From the NCBI GenBank assembly GCA_030390025.1, contig CM059432.1:77748001-77812000 (forward strand): a DNA stretch of 64,000 bases. Reading direction: 5' to 3'. The notes beneath the pieces are model-generated. The model saw only the letters and a list, made by a program, of their open reading frames with translations, ran no database searches and was not told the DNA's origin. The position numbers and the translations under genes are program-made. This DNA comes from Squalus acanthias (lineage: Eukaryota). Of the stretch, positions 1-13,219 are shown in pieces. The first letter of the stretch is position 1. Every line of letters starts with the position of its first letter.

Positions 1-9
1 ACTAATACT

Positions 10-150
10 AGTTTTTTTTAATTCCAGATTTATTTAATTGAATTTAAATTCCCCAGCTGCCATGGTGGGATTTAAATTCATGTCTCCAGATCATTAGTCC
101 AGGCCTCTGGATTACTAGTCCAGTAACATAACCTCTATGCTACCGTACCC
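10..150 (-). mobile_element. tRNA-derived SINE 5' fragment
   Basis: The minus strand begins GGGTACGGTAGCATAGAGGTTATG (A-box-like) and has a degenerate B box (aatttaaatccc). Confidence 0.6.
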
Positions 151-151
151 A

Positions 152-228
152 CCGAAACGTTAACTCGGTTTCTCTCTCCACGGATGCTGCCTGGCCTGCT
201 GAGTATTTCCAACAACTTTTGTTTTTAT
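152..228 (+). mobile_element. Penelope pLTR end fragment (3' half of the hammerhead only)
   Basis: GAAACGTTAACTC...CCACGGATGCTGCCTGG matches 25364-25440. Confidence 0.75.
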
Positions 229-1409
229 CCTAAATTTACATTATGTGTCCTTTGCTGCCCAAGATCTGCTCCACCCCATCAACCATTTGCTTAACAGGAA
301 ATGAACCAGGAACAACAAGTGCACTGCTCACTACAGGCTTGTTTTGTGCACACTCAGCCAGACTGGACTAAAATTCCAGGTCCATGTCTGTTTTCAGAAA
401 CAGAACAACCCTCTTATTTCGATACCAAACCTCAAAATGGCAGTGAAAGCCAGCAACTTGAATTAACAGCACCAGTAATGTCGGAGGCGGATGGCACGAG
501 AGAAATGGAGAAATAAACAGGGCCTTGAGTGACTTTACCCACCCAACTTCATCGGCATAAATCCTTTAGTGACAAAGGCAGCCCTCCTCTTTCCTTCTCC
601 CTAACCCTTTCACAAATAGCTGGCGGTATCTCAAAGGACACGAGCGCCCAGACTAGGCCTATCCGTCCAGAGATTCACATGGCCATGAATATAAAGGTTG
701 GAGTCTGAGGGACGAGGATAATCGTGATAATGCCTTCAGCTATTTTATTAACTCAGACTGAAGACATTGAAGGAGAGAGACACACACCGGATCCCAATTA
801 TTAATGCCTTGCCGCAGGCCCAGAGACTGCAAAGTCTCTTTCATTCCTTCCCCAGCCACCGCCCAAAGCCACGTGGTGCACGTGCACTCTCTCCATTGAT
901 GGCGCTCTTTTCAAACGCGCAAGCGGCTTCCAACCGACACAGGGCAGCTCCGCAAGAGAAGGAAAAGGATTAAAAGGAAGACTCACACTACCTTGGCTCA
1001 TGCAACCCATCTGTTTTGCTGTTTTCATGTGAATGGAATGTGGTACCACACCAAGCCCAAAACAGGATACAGTTGCTACCACGTGGATTTCCTCACCACC
1101 AACTCAGGTTTTAATCCCCCAGAAGAGAAGTTATAATTTCCACTATTTTATTCAACGGTTAAAAGCGGCGAGTGGTTTATGAACATGGAAGCGGTTAGGG
1201 CTGGATCAAAAAAAAACTTACCAAGATAAATACTGCTGTAAAAGTCAGTGACACACAAAAGTACTTGCCCAAGTGTCAAATGCTGTCCAACAGTAACAAC
1301 CTGATTTGACTGCGCAAGCACCGTCTTTGTATAGCTGAGACTATTCCACTTGTCTCAATGATGTTTATGCCACACACATCAGTAGTCTCCCCTGTATATT
1401 GATGGGACA

Positions 1410-1482
1410 AAACAACTGGCGGACCCCCTGAAATCTTCTCGCGGACCCCAGGTGGCCGTGGACCCCCGGTTGAGAACCCCTG
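1410..1482. mobile_element. hAT/Charlie-like DNA transposon terminus
   Basis: Ends GGTTGAGAACCCCTG (reverse complement CAGGGGTTCTCAACC) with subterminal GGACCCC repeats. The partner end was not found. Confidence 0.55.
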
Positions 1483-1843
1483 GCCTATGTTGTACTAAAA
1501 AACTATGGAACAGCTGTGTTAAAGTATCTAAATTTGAACTGCAAGGAGTTAATTGGGGAATAGTTTAAATTTTTCTGCCCGTAGCTCGTTCTTGCTCAGG
1601 AACGCAAAGATGTGAAAATTCTTACTTTTGCTCAGTGTTTCCCTCCTTCTACAATCTACATGCTTTTAGAACACAACACCTAACTACTAATTCTTGACTC
1701 ATCTCAGCTTGCTTCCCATTCTTTTTATCCTCAGGCCTTGACTTGTCACATCATTTTCTAAAAAATTTGGACACCAACCTTAACTTGGGTACTATCACAC
1801 AATTCCCCTACCAAAGCCACAGGTTTTTAAAAAACAGACCTAC

Positions 1844-1960
1844 CTCTGCTTTTAGATCAGATCGGATCCGCACGATACATCTTTTTACGGTCATCTGGAA
1901 GGTAAAACTGATGACACCTTTAATTTTCAACAATACTTCTTCACACATATTTCTCCGTGA
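1844..1960 (-). CDS. ARMC1: ARMC1 coding exon 4 (117 nt); the remaining 3' exons lie outside the window
   Basis: Translates [39 protein letters not shown]. Acceptor ttttttttttag; donor GAG|gtaggt. No following exon was recognised in 1-1843. Confidence 0.95.
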
Positions 1961-2727
1961 CTAAAAAAAAAACCAAAAACATTTAAATCAACTGAACAAT
2001 TAATTTGAGACATTTCATCATGTTGTAAAATTTATTATAAAGCGGTCAAAGTGAAACTAAACTTTTATCTGCACGAGCAACTTTGTGTGTGCAACACCAC
2101 GAGAGATCCAGAAGATACGTTGTTTCACGAACTGCTGCTAAAATGGAGCAGTGTTTAACCTGGCCTATCCTTTTAATAGGATAAAGTGTGTTTACTGTAA
2201 ATCGGCACAGCCGGAGATTGATTATGGACTCATTTGTGGTGCTGAGGAAATGTTTGTAGGTTGGTGCCTACTTGTAAATCCCTGGCTCCTCCCTTTGTGG
2301 ACATACCAAGTTCTCAAGATCAGAAGAGGCCAGCAGAAAATTACAAGCTTATTCTTTTTTTAAGTCACTTGTTCATTAGTGGGCTCCCCATGTGTTCAGT
2401 TGTTATTTCTTGCTGTTTTATGAATATAGAATCAAAAAATGTTATACCGTGGGAGGCCATTCGACCCATTGTGCCTGCACCAATTCACTGTAAGATGCAC
2501 CTACTTAGTCCCAATCCCTGGCCTTTGCCTTTTTAAATTTTTCTTTTTCAAATATTCATCTATTTCCCTTTCAACAGCTATTATGGAATCTGCTTCCATC
2601 ACTTTTTCCATGTCCTAACAACTCAAACGCAAGAAAAAATCCTCACCTCTCACTTCATCCTTTAGTGATTATCTTAAATTAAATTAATGCCCTCAGGTTA
2701 ACAACCCGCTAAGCAGTAGAAATAGTG

Positions 2728-3060
2728 GCTGCGATCTTGCCAGCCCTGGGGAGGTGGGTATGGAGGCGGGACTGCCGGGAAAATGGCAGAATCTGGGGGC
2801 GGGTGCTTATCCCGCCCCCAACCCGCCTCCGTGCCATCTTCCCAGGAGGTGGGTAGCCGACCCGCGCCAGGTTCCATCTCCTGGAGGCGGGAAGGGGATT
2901 ATTGCCACTTAACTGCCTGTTAACAGGTAGTCAACAGGCAGTTAAGCAGATTATCCCCATTTTTCCAGGAGAGGCGCGGGCTTCCCGACGTCGGGAAACC
3001 CCGCCAGGATCACCGAGACGAGCAGTGGGTCTGCAGGGGTCGGAGGGGTGCAAAAGTGCG
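2728..3060. repeat. GC-rich, palindrome-containing interspersed repeat (probable non-autonomous DNA element end)
   Basis: Abrupt GC-rich block with internal palindromes (TTAACTGCCTGTT..AACAGGCAGTTAA; TTCCCGACGTCGGGAA). Confidence 0.45.
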
Positions 3061-3334
3061 CTGTGAAGTTAAGTGATGGGTGCAAGTGTGGAGAGGTAAG
3101 TATGTGAGGTGAGTGGAAAGTGATAGAAAATGTTTCCTTACCTTTGTTTCTTCCTGCAGGCTTCAACAGTTGGGGATGCGGAGACTCTCGCATCTCACCG
3201 GCAGAGATGACAGATAGCTGCTGCATTTTCCGATGCAACAACCATCTAATTTCTGCTGACAAGAGGTTTGATGAGTCTTGAATACAAGGACTCATCAAAC
3301 AACATAGAATGTCAGTGTTTGACAGCTTCACAAA

Positions 3335-3470
3335 GAGTGAAAGCGAAAGGAGAGAGCAAGAAAGGAGATAAGAAAAAAGGAGAAAAGAGAAAGAGAAAAA
3401 GAAAAAAAGAACGAGAGAATGAGGAAACGAGAGAAGAGGAGAGAGAGAAAGAGAGAAGGAATGAATGAAA
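3335..3470 (+). repeat. Low-complexity polypurine (GA-rich) tract
   Basis: About 135 nt almost entirely A/G. Confidence 0.85.
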
Positions 3471-5329
3471 GAATAATTTTTCAGGTGTTTATTAGGATAT
3501 ATAAATTGTATTTGTTGGAGTATATTGGAGACTGGCTGAGGAAGCAATATGGCCACTGAAAGGAGTTAGAAAGAGTTTTGAGAGATATGCTGATACAGTG
3601 GAATAAGTGCACAAGTGTTTTCTGATTTCGACCAACCAAAATGTTTTGCAGTGTTTGGACATGCACACACACTCAACTTTTATATGTACACTAGTAGATC
3701 TCCAATGGCATGACTCACAGGTGGTCTGAGACCTGGAATTTTTTGATATTTGGCCGCAGTCCTGGTGCAAAGGCAACATGACACTTTTTTTGTCCATTGC
3801 CGCAATACTCCCATGGTGTGGATGGAGGGAAGGTTGCAGCATTTGTTTACTTGTTTATTCTTCCCCAAATTTTCCTTCTTGTTTTTCCATTTATTTATAT
3901 GACTGAAAAGAGAACTGTTTCCTCCTCCCTTATTCCCATGGTGGACATGTAGTTCTTGCTGAAGCTCTCAGTGACACAGCATTACACCAGGAAGGTTTTC
4001 CTTGCCGTCATAACTCCAATGATCAATACCTTGAAAACATGGTCGTTCATCATGCTCTGGCCTGACCGGCTGGCTGGCTCCAATGTCTGAGCTAAGCATC
4101 AAAGCTCCTTATAAGCATCCCCCTCCTGCCTTGCACATACATAATATCCCCCTTAACCATCAGAAAAAATACCATTAGCTCAGAAATTTTATTTATTAAA
4201 CTGAACTGCACAAATCGATGAAAAAGAATTTTCAAATTTGTGTCTTTTTTTTCTGCCACTCATGCCTTAGTCATTTGTAAATTTTCTGTCTGGTTGCCTA
4301 TGACAGGTTGCTTTGTTCCACAGGAGCGGGGTAAAACTAAAACTCCCATGATATATCAAATATACACATTTCTTTCAACAGGAGTTGGAAATCTCCATCA
4401 CCAACGCTCAGGTGGATTTAAAAATAATTGACCCCAAATTTCCTGGATCCCATTTATGCCGGATTCTACACTGATCGTGCCGATGAGATATTACGTTAAA
4501 ATGTCCTGCGCAGCTCATTTGTCTATTCCAGAACGCAAAAACCCGTATAAAACAAGCGTAAATATAGCACCATCAATTGGGGTAACAGTGAATAGGCTTC
4601 TGTCTTCTGTCATGGCACTTCACTCTCAGAGCTTCTTGCCTCAACTGCTTGTTTTCCTCTTCCATTATTATGCAGAACAGGAGTATGCCCTTTCGGAAGA
4701 TCAGACAGCTGCACAGTCCTTCAGAAATGCGGTTTGGGGGTGGTGGGGAGGAGGGAAAGGAGGGAATTTTTTTAGGTGTATGGAGACTGACTGCACTTTA
4801 AGTACAGTGCAGGTCAGTATAAATTTTTTGTAAAGTGAAGAAAAACACTATCAAACTCCAAAAATCTCAGTTATGGTGATATCAGGTGACTTCGGGCCAT
4901 GCTGCGCCACATTTTTTCCTGTTTAAATCAACGCCAGTACATTACTGGGTTAAATGTAGGAAATTTGTAGGCTAATCTTTTGTCGGGGGAGGGGCTATGT
5001 AAATGAGCAGCAAAAGATTGTCAGACATCTCAAAAGCAGCGCAAACAATAGAAGAAATTTATGCATGCTAATGTTTTTGGTGTAAAACGGTTATGTGCAA
5101 ATTTCCTTGGAAATACACAGCGCAATGCCACTCTTATGCCATAGTTGCACCAAAAAGTTGCATTAAGTTAACAGATTGAATTTCTATAAATTTTGATCCC
5201 CCTCCCCCCCCGCCGAATCATTCTGGGGTGTGATGTTCTATGGACATGCATTTTACACAAGACTTTTAGACAGGCAGATAGACATTAAATATAACCAGCC
5301 AACTGTTGACAAAGACAGATGCCTCACTG

Positions 5330-6190
5330 ACTAATATAAATTGAGAAAACCTAACTGGTTTAGAGTTCCAGTTGATAAATGTGATGCATGATTGCATCTT
5401 AACCCAGCCACAAGAGGCGGTGCTCATCTTGACCTGGTATTCGTAAATGATCCAGACAACACGCAGAAAATAGAAGTCATGGTACTGTTAGGGCACAGTG
5501 ATCACATAATTATTACGTTCCACATGATCTAGGATTCAGATAAACCAAAAACCAAGAGCTGAGTATATAACATTAAAAGGCCTCATTTCAAATAAATGGC
5601 GGGGGTGGGGGGGACAATTTAAGAAAATTAACTGGGAGAGGTTGTTCAGCACCTCAGCAGAGGTCAAGTGGAACCTTTCAAGGATTAATGCTGAGCATAC
5701 ATACCTCAAACCAGCAAGCTCAGACTTAACAGATGTGACCCTAAATGAAATAACAAGGAAAAATTACCTCTTTAAATCTTGCAGGGAAAAATGGATGGAG
5801 TTCACAGGAATGAATGTAAGATTATATAGCTACATGTCAAAAGGATGATCAGAGGGGCAAAGAGAGACCTAGAACAAGTATAACTGTAACTGCAAAATAC
5901 ATCAGTAAAAAGTTCTTTCAGTACTTCAAAAGTAAGAGAATAGGTGAAAACAATAAAACATGCAAACGAGTTTGAAACAGAGGACAGGCACAAGATAGTA
6001 AACATTCTGAATGTTTGGTTTCTCGAAGTATTCACAAGGGAAGACTTGAACAATATGCTCCTCAAAGAATTAACCCAGGCAAAATTAATCACTTTGATAT
6101 AAATGAGATAGAAGTCCTAGACAAGCTAAAAGAAAACCCTTAGGGATAATAACTTAGTAAACATTAGTCAACACGGATTCAGAAGAGAGT
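5330..6190 (+). mobile_element. Degraded CR1 LINE ORF2 fragment
   Basis: Remnants of LDLVF..N and LGHSDH (endonuclease) and SQHGF, with many stops. Confidence 0.7.
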
Positions 6191-6684
6191 AATTCAGTTT
6201 GCATTCATTTTAGGGGCAGAAGTAAAACTATCACCCAGGTTGCCAGCAGTTCTAAAGTCCCACTTATTTATTTAATGTTGATAACCACAACCACTTTGCC
6301 ATATAAAACCTTAATTAAAAAAGAGTTCAGTTTGTTATTAGCATAAACAAAGCCACGAGCACAATGCTAAGACTTGTTGCATGATTAGCACTAAAGATAG
6401 TACTGTGCAGTCACAGTGGAAGTTTTAGGTCTAAACTTTAAACAGCAATTAAAATTGATGCTCATCGCCTAGCCAAAATATTACTAATACCTACTCAGTG
6501 GAAAACTCTTCACCTCATTCATGGCACTTTGGCAAGGAAACTGCACATTTAATCAAATTACAAATAAGATGGAGTGGTTCACTAACCCAAAATTAGCCTC
6601 TTATTCATACTCAGCTGAAAAAATGCATTTCCAAGCCTTAACTAAGAATAAGTAGAAATAGTTCACACTGATTGGGTTTCTTAC

Positions 6685-6874
6685 CGCATCATCTAAGCCA
6701 TCTATCTGCAGGGTAACTGTTTTTGCACGTTTGTTAGTGCTTCCCAGGAAAAATTGTGGTTTGCGCCTATGTGAATTATAATCATTTGTGTGGTCAGACT
6801 CTTCGCTGCTCGATGACTGCAAAATTTCATACACTTCATTTGCCAAAAACTTAGTTTCGCCAGGTGTTGTTGTT
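6685..6874 (-). CDS. ARMC1: ARMC1 coding exon 3 (190 nt)
   Basis: Translates [63 protein letters not shown]. Acceptor tttcttttcag; donor GCG|gtaag. Confidence 0.96.
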
Positions 6875-7443
6875 CTGAAAAGAAATTACATAAAAACTCA
6901 AATCTTAGAATTAATTTAAAACAGTTTTAGAAAAGTCAGACCATGCTAATATATTGAAAATCTATTGCACATTAAATTTGCTATGTGGAGCAGCGCATTC
7001 TATTAATACTCCCATGTCAATCTGCTACTATGAAATATCCTATTATAAAAGTGTCCAAATTTACCTGCAATGTGTGTTATGCCTATAGGTGGTGCTGTAA
7101 TAGATGTTTTCAATCATAAAGGTGTCATAGTTTCCCCGTAACTTAATATATAACGCATGGTGTCACACAATACCTGCTATTTAATAGTGAGCATATGATA
7201 ATATTGGTCTATTTATGCTCAAGAGTACAAGATTGGGCACATCAAATGCTGCAACTTTTGTCTCCTTTGAGCAAAAGAACACCAATGCCCAAAAAATTGT
7301 TTTATAGGAATACAAGAAATCAGGTCCTCGATAACACCATTAAAAAAGCTCTTCAGAAAAACATTCAAGTATGGAGTCTTTAGTATAAACTGAGGAATAA
7401 CGCAGCTTTCAGCTTTTGAAATAACCCAGTAATACAGACTTAC

Positions 7444-7535
7444 TTTTGGATCACATTTTGTAAGCTCAGCATCATGCCTAGTTCACTTTTCATTTTCTCT
7501 CTGTTGGAACGGCATTCTGCCAGATAGCGCAGAGC
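7444..7535 (-). CDS. ARMC1: ARMC1 coding exon 2 (92 nt)
   Basis: Translates [30 protein letters not shown](K). Acceptor ccttctacacctcag; donor AA|gtaagt; phases fit both neighbouring exons. Not in the ORF track. Confidence 0.96.
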
Positions 7536-10044
7536 CTGAGGTGTAGAAGGAAAAAAGATGTCGTAGTATTAGTCATCATACACAATAGGAGGTGCAATAT
7601 GAAAAAAACATTTTACAATAACAACTGAGGAATCTAATTAGGACAGGTGGAGAACTCAAATTAGATCATTTTTTCCTGCACAACTTCACTCCTTTAAAAT
7701 AGTGTTCTAGTAACGTTATTAAATTCTATCAAAATGATTACAGCAAGTGTGAAAAAAGGAGCAAGAGCCCATATAGCAAACCAATCTAGAGATGCTGACA
7801 AGACCAAAAACAAGGCCAGTTTTTAAGTTTACCACAATCCAAAGAATGTATTATAAATAATAGGACTATGCAAATTACATTTCAGGTTATATAACAAGCA
7901 CACTTTAATCATGGTTTGTGATTTTTGGCTTTGAATATGGGAGTTTCTCATCTACATGTCTAAGTTGTTGAAAACATCGTGTGGTTAACTGACCAATCTC
8001 TGCACCCACAAGTAACAAGGAAGGGGGTGTTATGATGAAAATACTCTTGATAATAAAGGCAGTAAGAAGGAATTCTATTGGAAAATAGATCAGGATTTTT
8101 AATAATCCATTCTAGGCTGCTGGGAAAACACAACCAGAGGCAAAAGACAAGGGTGCAACATGCTTCTCGATGTTAAGGAGCTATTCATTTCTCTACGTTT
8201 GCATGGAATAAAATGATATATCACACTTTGTTACAGATAGAAAGCAATCATGAAAAAAATGAAAGCCAGTCATTTGATGATGGGTTCTTCTGACCCAGAG
8301 GCAAAAATTGACAAACTGTTAAAATTGCCCTGTGATTGGTCCCAAGAGTTTCAAAGTAGCTACAACGACTTGGGTTGCATGCTTATCCAATTTCTGCACA
8401 TACAATTTCTGCACAGGGAGTACTTAAGGGACAGGCCAGGTTAGCAGCGGAATAGCAGAATCGTGCTCGAGACCATAAATACCCGCAAGCAACTCCACAG
8501 GAGATCTGCTAGTATACCTTAAAGATTCCTACTTGTAAAAGCAGATTTTACAGTGAAGTAAAGTTTACAATTCTATTCTTACCACGTTTGTCTGTCACAA
8601 TAGAATATGCGAATACAGTTAGTCCTGGTAGCACAGTGCAATGATTATGTCAAGATGGTGCACCACAGCATAGTATTTTATCTCCATTTTCATCACGTGA
8701 ATTTTCTTCCTGTTTTCTGTCTCATTACATTTTATTTGGGGCATTTTCTTTGGCACTTCCAATACATTTTGCTGTGCATCAGCACTCCTAAACATTGTGG
8801 ATATTATAGTGAATCAGAATTTTATCCATTTCCAAGATGGATTGTTTGAGATATTTTTCTTCATTGCACTATGTTCCAAATTTTGTCAGAACTGTTAGCC
8901 ATTTTGCTAACGGAATGCAATTTACTGTATTTTATTCAATGGAATATTTCTATCAGTGTGCATGCATATGGTCTGTTTGCCATGCATTTGGTTTTGCTAC
9001 ACTTTTGTTCATTGCTTGTCCCGTTGTTGACTCGGAATTTGCACGCTTCTCTTAACTGCAGTTGTGTGTGGATTTATTCTTTTTGTGTTCCTTCTCATTT
9101 TTCTCTGCCCCATTAGATGGTACCGCAGCGAATCATGTGACTGTTCTCCACACATTTAGGTGAACCCATCTAAGAAAAATGGGATTAAATTATTTGTATA
9201 GAATATAATGGAAACAGTCCACAATAAAACCCAGTTCTTGTTTATTTGGCTCATTTTTATTGATGGGTGGATTCAGCAACATGGGACTATACATCTCAAC
9301 TGTCCCAATTTTGGAGTGCCATTCCTGAATTTAAATACATTCTTGGCACTGTTGGAACTGCTAAGACTCTTTTTTGAGCTTGGGGGTGGGGGGGGGGGGG
9401 GGGGGGAAAGAGGGGGGGCGTTGCGGCTGGGAAGAGCGGGGAGAATAAAGGAAGTATGATATGTACTTAACTTATTTCCTCCCCACTATTCAAAATAATT
9501 AACATCTTATTGTTTTGTAAAGCAAAAAAATGCACAAGTACAGAATATTTTGCAGGCACCCGGTACTTTAACGTGCAAAACTCCTTTTTTTGCATGTTTA
9601 AGTCTCGGGTCCCTGTCATGCAAAATAACTCTGCCACTGTGTTTCTTAACCTCATCACCATTTTAATTTTAATCAGCAGCACATAGTGTGCTGGTGCTCT
9701 GCCTTTCCCTGCTCAATTGAGCATGGAGAAAGCTACCAGCTGGTGTCAGTCAACATGAAACCCGCTCACAAGCACATTCTTATCTTGTTCCACACCCCCT
9801 TATTAGCCTGTGGTCAAGAGGACACATTTCCATCGTATTCCTCTGCTATAAGTCACATGAGCCAGTTAGTAGGAGGTAGACAAGGTATGGCTACTGTGTT
9901 ATGCTATCCAATATTTCCTCTGTGCCTAGTAAACCAATTATTTCACAGCAAAATTCCATCTTTCTGCTACGTAATCCTAGAAGTACTTTAATTTAAAGCT
10001 GTAAAATATCTCATTCTCATCACAGGACAGACTATTCAAGTAAG

Positions 10045-11565
10045 CCCACAATGGCGGCGTCGACAGCTGAAGCAATAAGCGAAGTGTGAAGTGATGCATT
10101 TTGGAAGGAAAAAAATCAGGAGAGGCAATATAAATTAAGTGGTACAATTTTAAATTAGGTGGAACAGAAAGACCAGGGGTTCACGTACATAAGAACAAAA
10201 GAAATAGGAGCAGGAGTAGGTCGTACAGCCCCTCGAGCCTGCTCCGTCATTCAGTAAGATCATGGGTGATCTTCTACATCAACTCCACTTTCCCACCCTA
10301 TCCCCATATCCCTGGATTCCCTTAGTGCACAGAAATCTATCGATCTCAGTCTTGAATATACTCATTGACTGAGCCTCCACAGCCCTCTGGGGTAGAGAAT
10401 TCCAAAGATTCACAACCCTCTGAGTGAAGAAATTTCTCCTCATCTCAGTCCTAAATGGCCGACCCCTTATCCTGAGACTATGCCCCCTAGTTCTAGACTC
10501 TCCAGCCAGGGAAACAACCTCTCAGCATCTACTTTGTCAAGCCTTCCAAGAATTTTATATGTTTCAATGAGATCACCTCTTCTTCTAAACTCCAGAGTAT
10601 AGGCCCATTCTACTCAATCTCTCCTCATAGGACAGCCCTCTCATCCCAGGAATCCATCTAGTGAACCTTTGTTGCACCCCCTCTATGGCAAGTATATCCT
10701 TCTTTAGTTAAGGAGACCAAAACTATATACAGTACTCCAGGTGCGGTCTCACCAAAGCCCTCTATAATTGTAGCAAGACTTCCTTGCTCTTGTACTCGAA
10801 ACCCCTTGCAATAAAGGCTAACATACCATTTGCCTTCCTAACTGTTTGCTGTATTTGCAAGTTAATTTTCTGTAATTTGTGTACAAGAACACCTAAATCC
10901 CTCTGAATTCCCAAATCATTGAATGTGGCAGAACAATTTGATAAGGCTGTTAAAAAAGCATACAGATACTTGCCTTTATAAATAGATGCATAGAATACAA
11001 AAGCAAGGAAGTTATGGCAAACCTTTTAAAACACTGGTTAGGCCTCAGCTAGAGTACAGTGTCTAATTCTGGGCATCACACTTTAGGAAGGATGTCAAGG
11101 CCGTGGAGAGGGTGCGGAGGAGATTTACCAGAATTATACAGGGGGTGAGGGATTTCAGTTATGTGGCGAGACTAGAGAAGCTGTGATTGTTTTCTTTAGA
11201 GCAGAGAAGGTCAAGGGGAAATTTAATAGAGGTGTTCAAAATTATGAGGGGTTCTGATAGTGTAGATTGGGAGAAACTGTTTCCACTGGCGGCGCAAGTG
11301 TCGGTAACCAGAGGACACAGATTTAAGATTTTTTTTTAACGCAACGAGTTGTTACAATCTGGAATCCACTACCTGAAAGGTTGGTGGAAGCAGATTAAAT
11401 AGTAACTTTCAAAATGGAATTGGACATATTCTTGAAAAGGAGAAATTTGCAGAGCTATGAAGAAAGAGCAGGGAAGTGGGACTAATTGGATAGCTCTTTC
11501 AAAGAGCTGACACAGAAACAATGGGCCGAATAGCTCCCTTCTGTGCTCGATCATTCTATGATTCT
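10045..11565 (+). mobile_element. CR1 3' fragment, interrupted by an antisense CR1
   Basis: KCEVMHFG at ~10082; the element resumes at ~10910 and ends in an (ATTCTATG)n-type tail at ~11560. Confidence 0.85.
10187..10908 (-). mobile_element. CR1 (HER1-like) 3' fragment, nested
   Basis: Reverse complement of the CR1 3' end seen at 19560-20275. Confidence 0.9.
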
Positions 11566-12257
11566 CAGGTTTACTAAAAGTTCTAAAAAGTACTCACATA
11601 AGCAACACGCATACATTACTAATTAAACTGAACCAGAAGCAGATTGCTTTCATGTTGTGGTCACTTTGTTAAGTATTTTAGATTGAACATTGAGGCACCA
11701 CATGTTTAAGTGTAAAACTGCCTTAATGTAGATATACTTCAGAAGCAAAAAGTGGCACCTTTCAAAGTATGTAAGTATACATCTTCTAGAGCATTTATTA
11801 TATTTAAGAGTTTGAAAAATGAAAAGTGTAGGTTGGAAATAGTAACAGTCAAGTTACAGTAGCATACAATTTTTTTTTAAATCGATCTTAATACAGGGTT
11901 TAGTATTTCGGAGCGACATTATAGATATGGCAAACAATTGAGTCAGATAATTTAAATAGGCGATAAATAAGATAATAATTGTAGGAAAAAAGTAGGTGCA
12001 GAAACATAGGTTGTAGGAAAAATAAGGGGCAATATGTTTCAGTAGGGACAAGTAAATTAAGGAAAGCAAATGTCAAAAACTTTCAGTCCCCTTCAAAAAT
12101 ATTCAAATTGTTAAATTGTTATAGCCACACAAAGTTCACTGCAGAAAACCATTAGACTTGGCAAGCAGTGCAAAGGTCCCAAAAGAGCATGATTATTACC
12201 AAATATAGTAACATGAATACTGAATAACATAACAAATGAACAAGATCAACACCATAA

Positions 12258-12670
12258 AGAAATAAAAACAGAAAATGCTGGAAATACTCAGCAGGTCAGG
12301 CAGCATCTGTAGAAAGAGAAACAGAGTTAACGTTTCAGGTCGATGACCCTTCGTCAGATCTGGAAAAAGTTGGAGATGTAACAGGTTTTTAAGCAAGTGT
12401 AGGAACAGGGAAAGGGGGGAGGAGAGGAAAGAACAAAAGGGAAGGTCTGTGATAGGATTGAAGGCAGGAGCGATTAAGAGACAAAAGGGATGCTGGTGCA
12501 AGGCAAAAGGAGATGGTAATGGGACAAGTTAAGAAGCAAAAGATGAGTCTAGATGAAGTGTAAATGGCAATGGCAGAATCATCAACAGCTGCCATGTGGA
12601 AAAAAAATAGGGGCAGAGGTTATGGTCTGAAATTGTTGAACTCGATGTTGAGTCCAGAAGGCTGTAAAGT
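12258..12670 (-). mobile_element. Penelope 3' fragment (ORF end LQPSGLNIEFNNFRP* plus pLTR)
   Basis: Homologous to 25030-25440. Confidence 0.88.
12324..12361 (-). ncRNA. Minimal hammerhead ribozyme motif
   Basis: The minus strand reads CTGACGA-agggtc atc gacct-GAAACGTTAACT, with one mismatch in stem I. Confidence 0.65.
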
Positions 12671-12739
12671 AATAGTAGCTTGGATTTTCTGATCACTTAT
12701 TTTAATGGCAGTAACCCATTTATTTCCAACATTAATGGC

Positions 12740-12925
12740 AACTTGAATTTGTAGAACAACTTTAATGTAGAAAAATATCCCAAAGCAGTTCACGGAGGTG
12801 TGAGGAAAATGGAGGCCAAGATAAATAAGGGGGGTGGGTGGGAGATTAGGAAGAGCGACCAAAGGCTTGGTGGGTTTTAAGAAGGGTTTTAGAGGAGGCG
12901 AGGGTGGTGGAGAGACCGAGTGGTT
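12740..12925 (-). mobile_element. L2-like LINE 3' remnant
   Basis: Similar to 52552-52750. Confidence 0.55.
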
Positions 12926-13219
12926 TTTTTTTGGGTGGGGGGGGGGGGGGGGGGGAAGAAAGAGAAAGGATAAGGAAATCTAGGCTAGTGTGTAGCATCT
13001 TAATTTAGAGAGAGCCACGTATCTGCAATATATCAAGATCAAAAGTGTATAATGTATTGGGTCAACAAAAATCAGATAACAACTAATTATTTTCACAATT
13101 TTTTTTCCTGGATGGTTTTCTTAAGAGTTCTCATTATGAAGAGAACAAATTGCGGCTTTCCTCCACTAGTTTTTAAGCATTTTCAAAATTCACATTACAG
13201 TGGCAATTAAGTAATATAC

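Noticed and set aside
500-1110. Possible Tx1-like LINE remnant or missing ARMC1 exon
   Set aside because: No diagnostic motif and no ARMC1-like translation could be read.
2951-3556. 201-aa hydrophobic ORF
   Set aside because: Produced by the low-complexity CT/GA tract; no recognisable homology.
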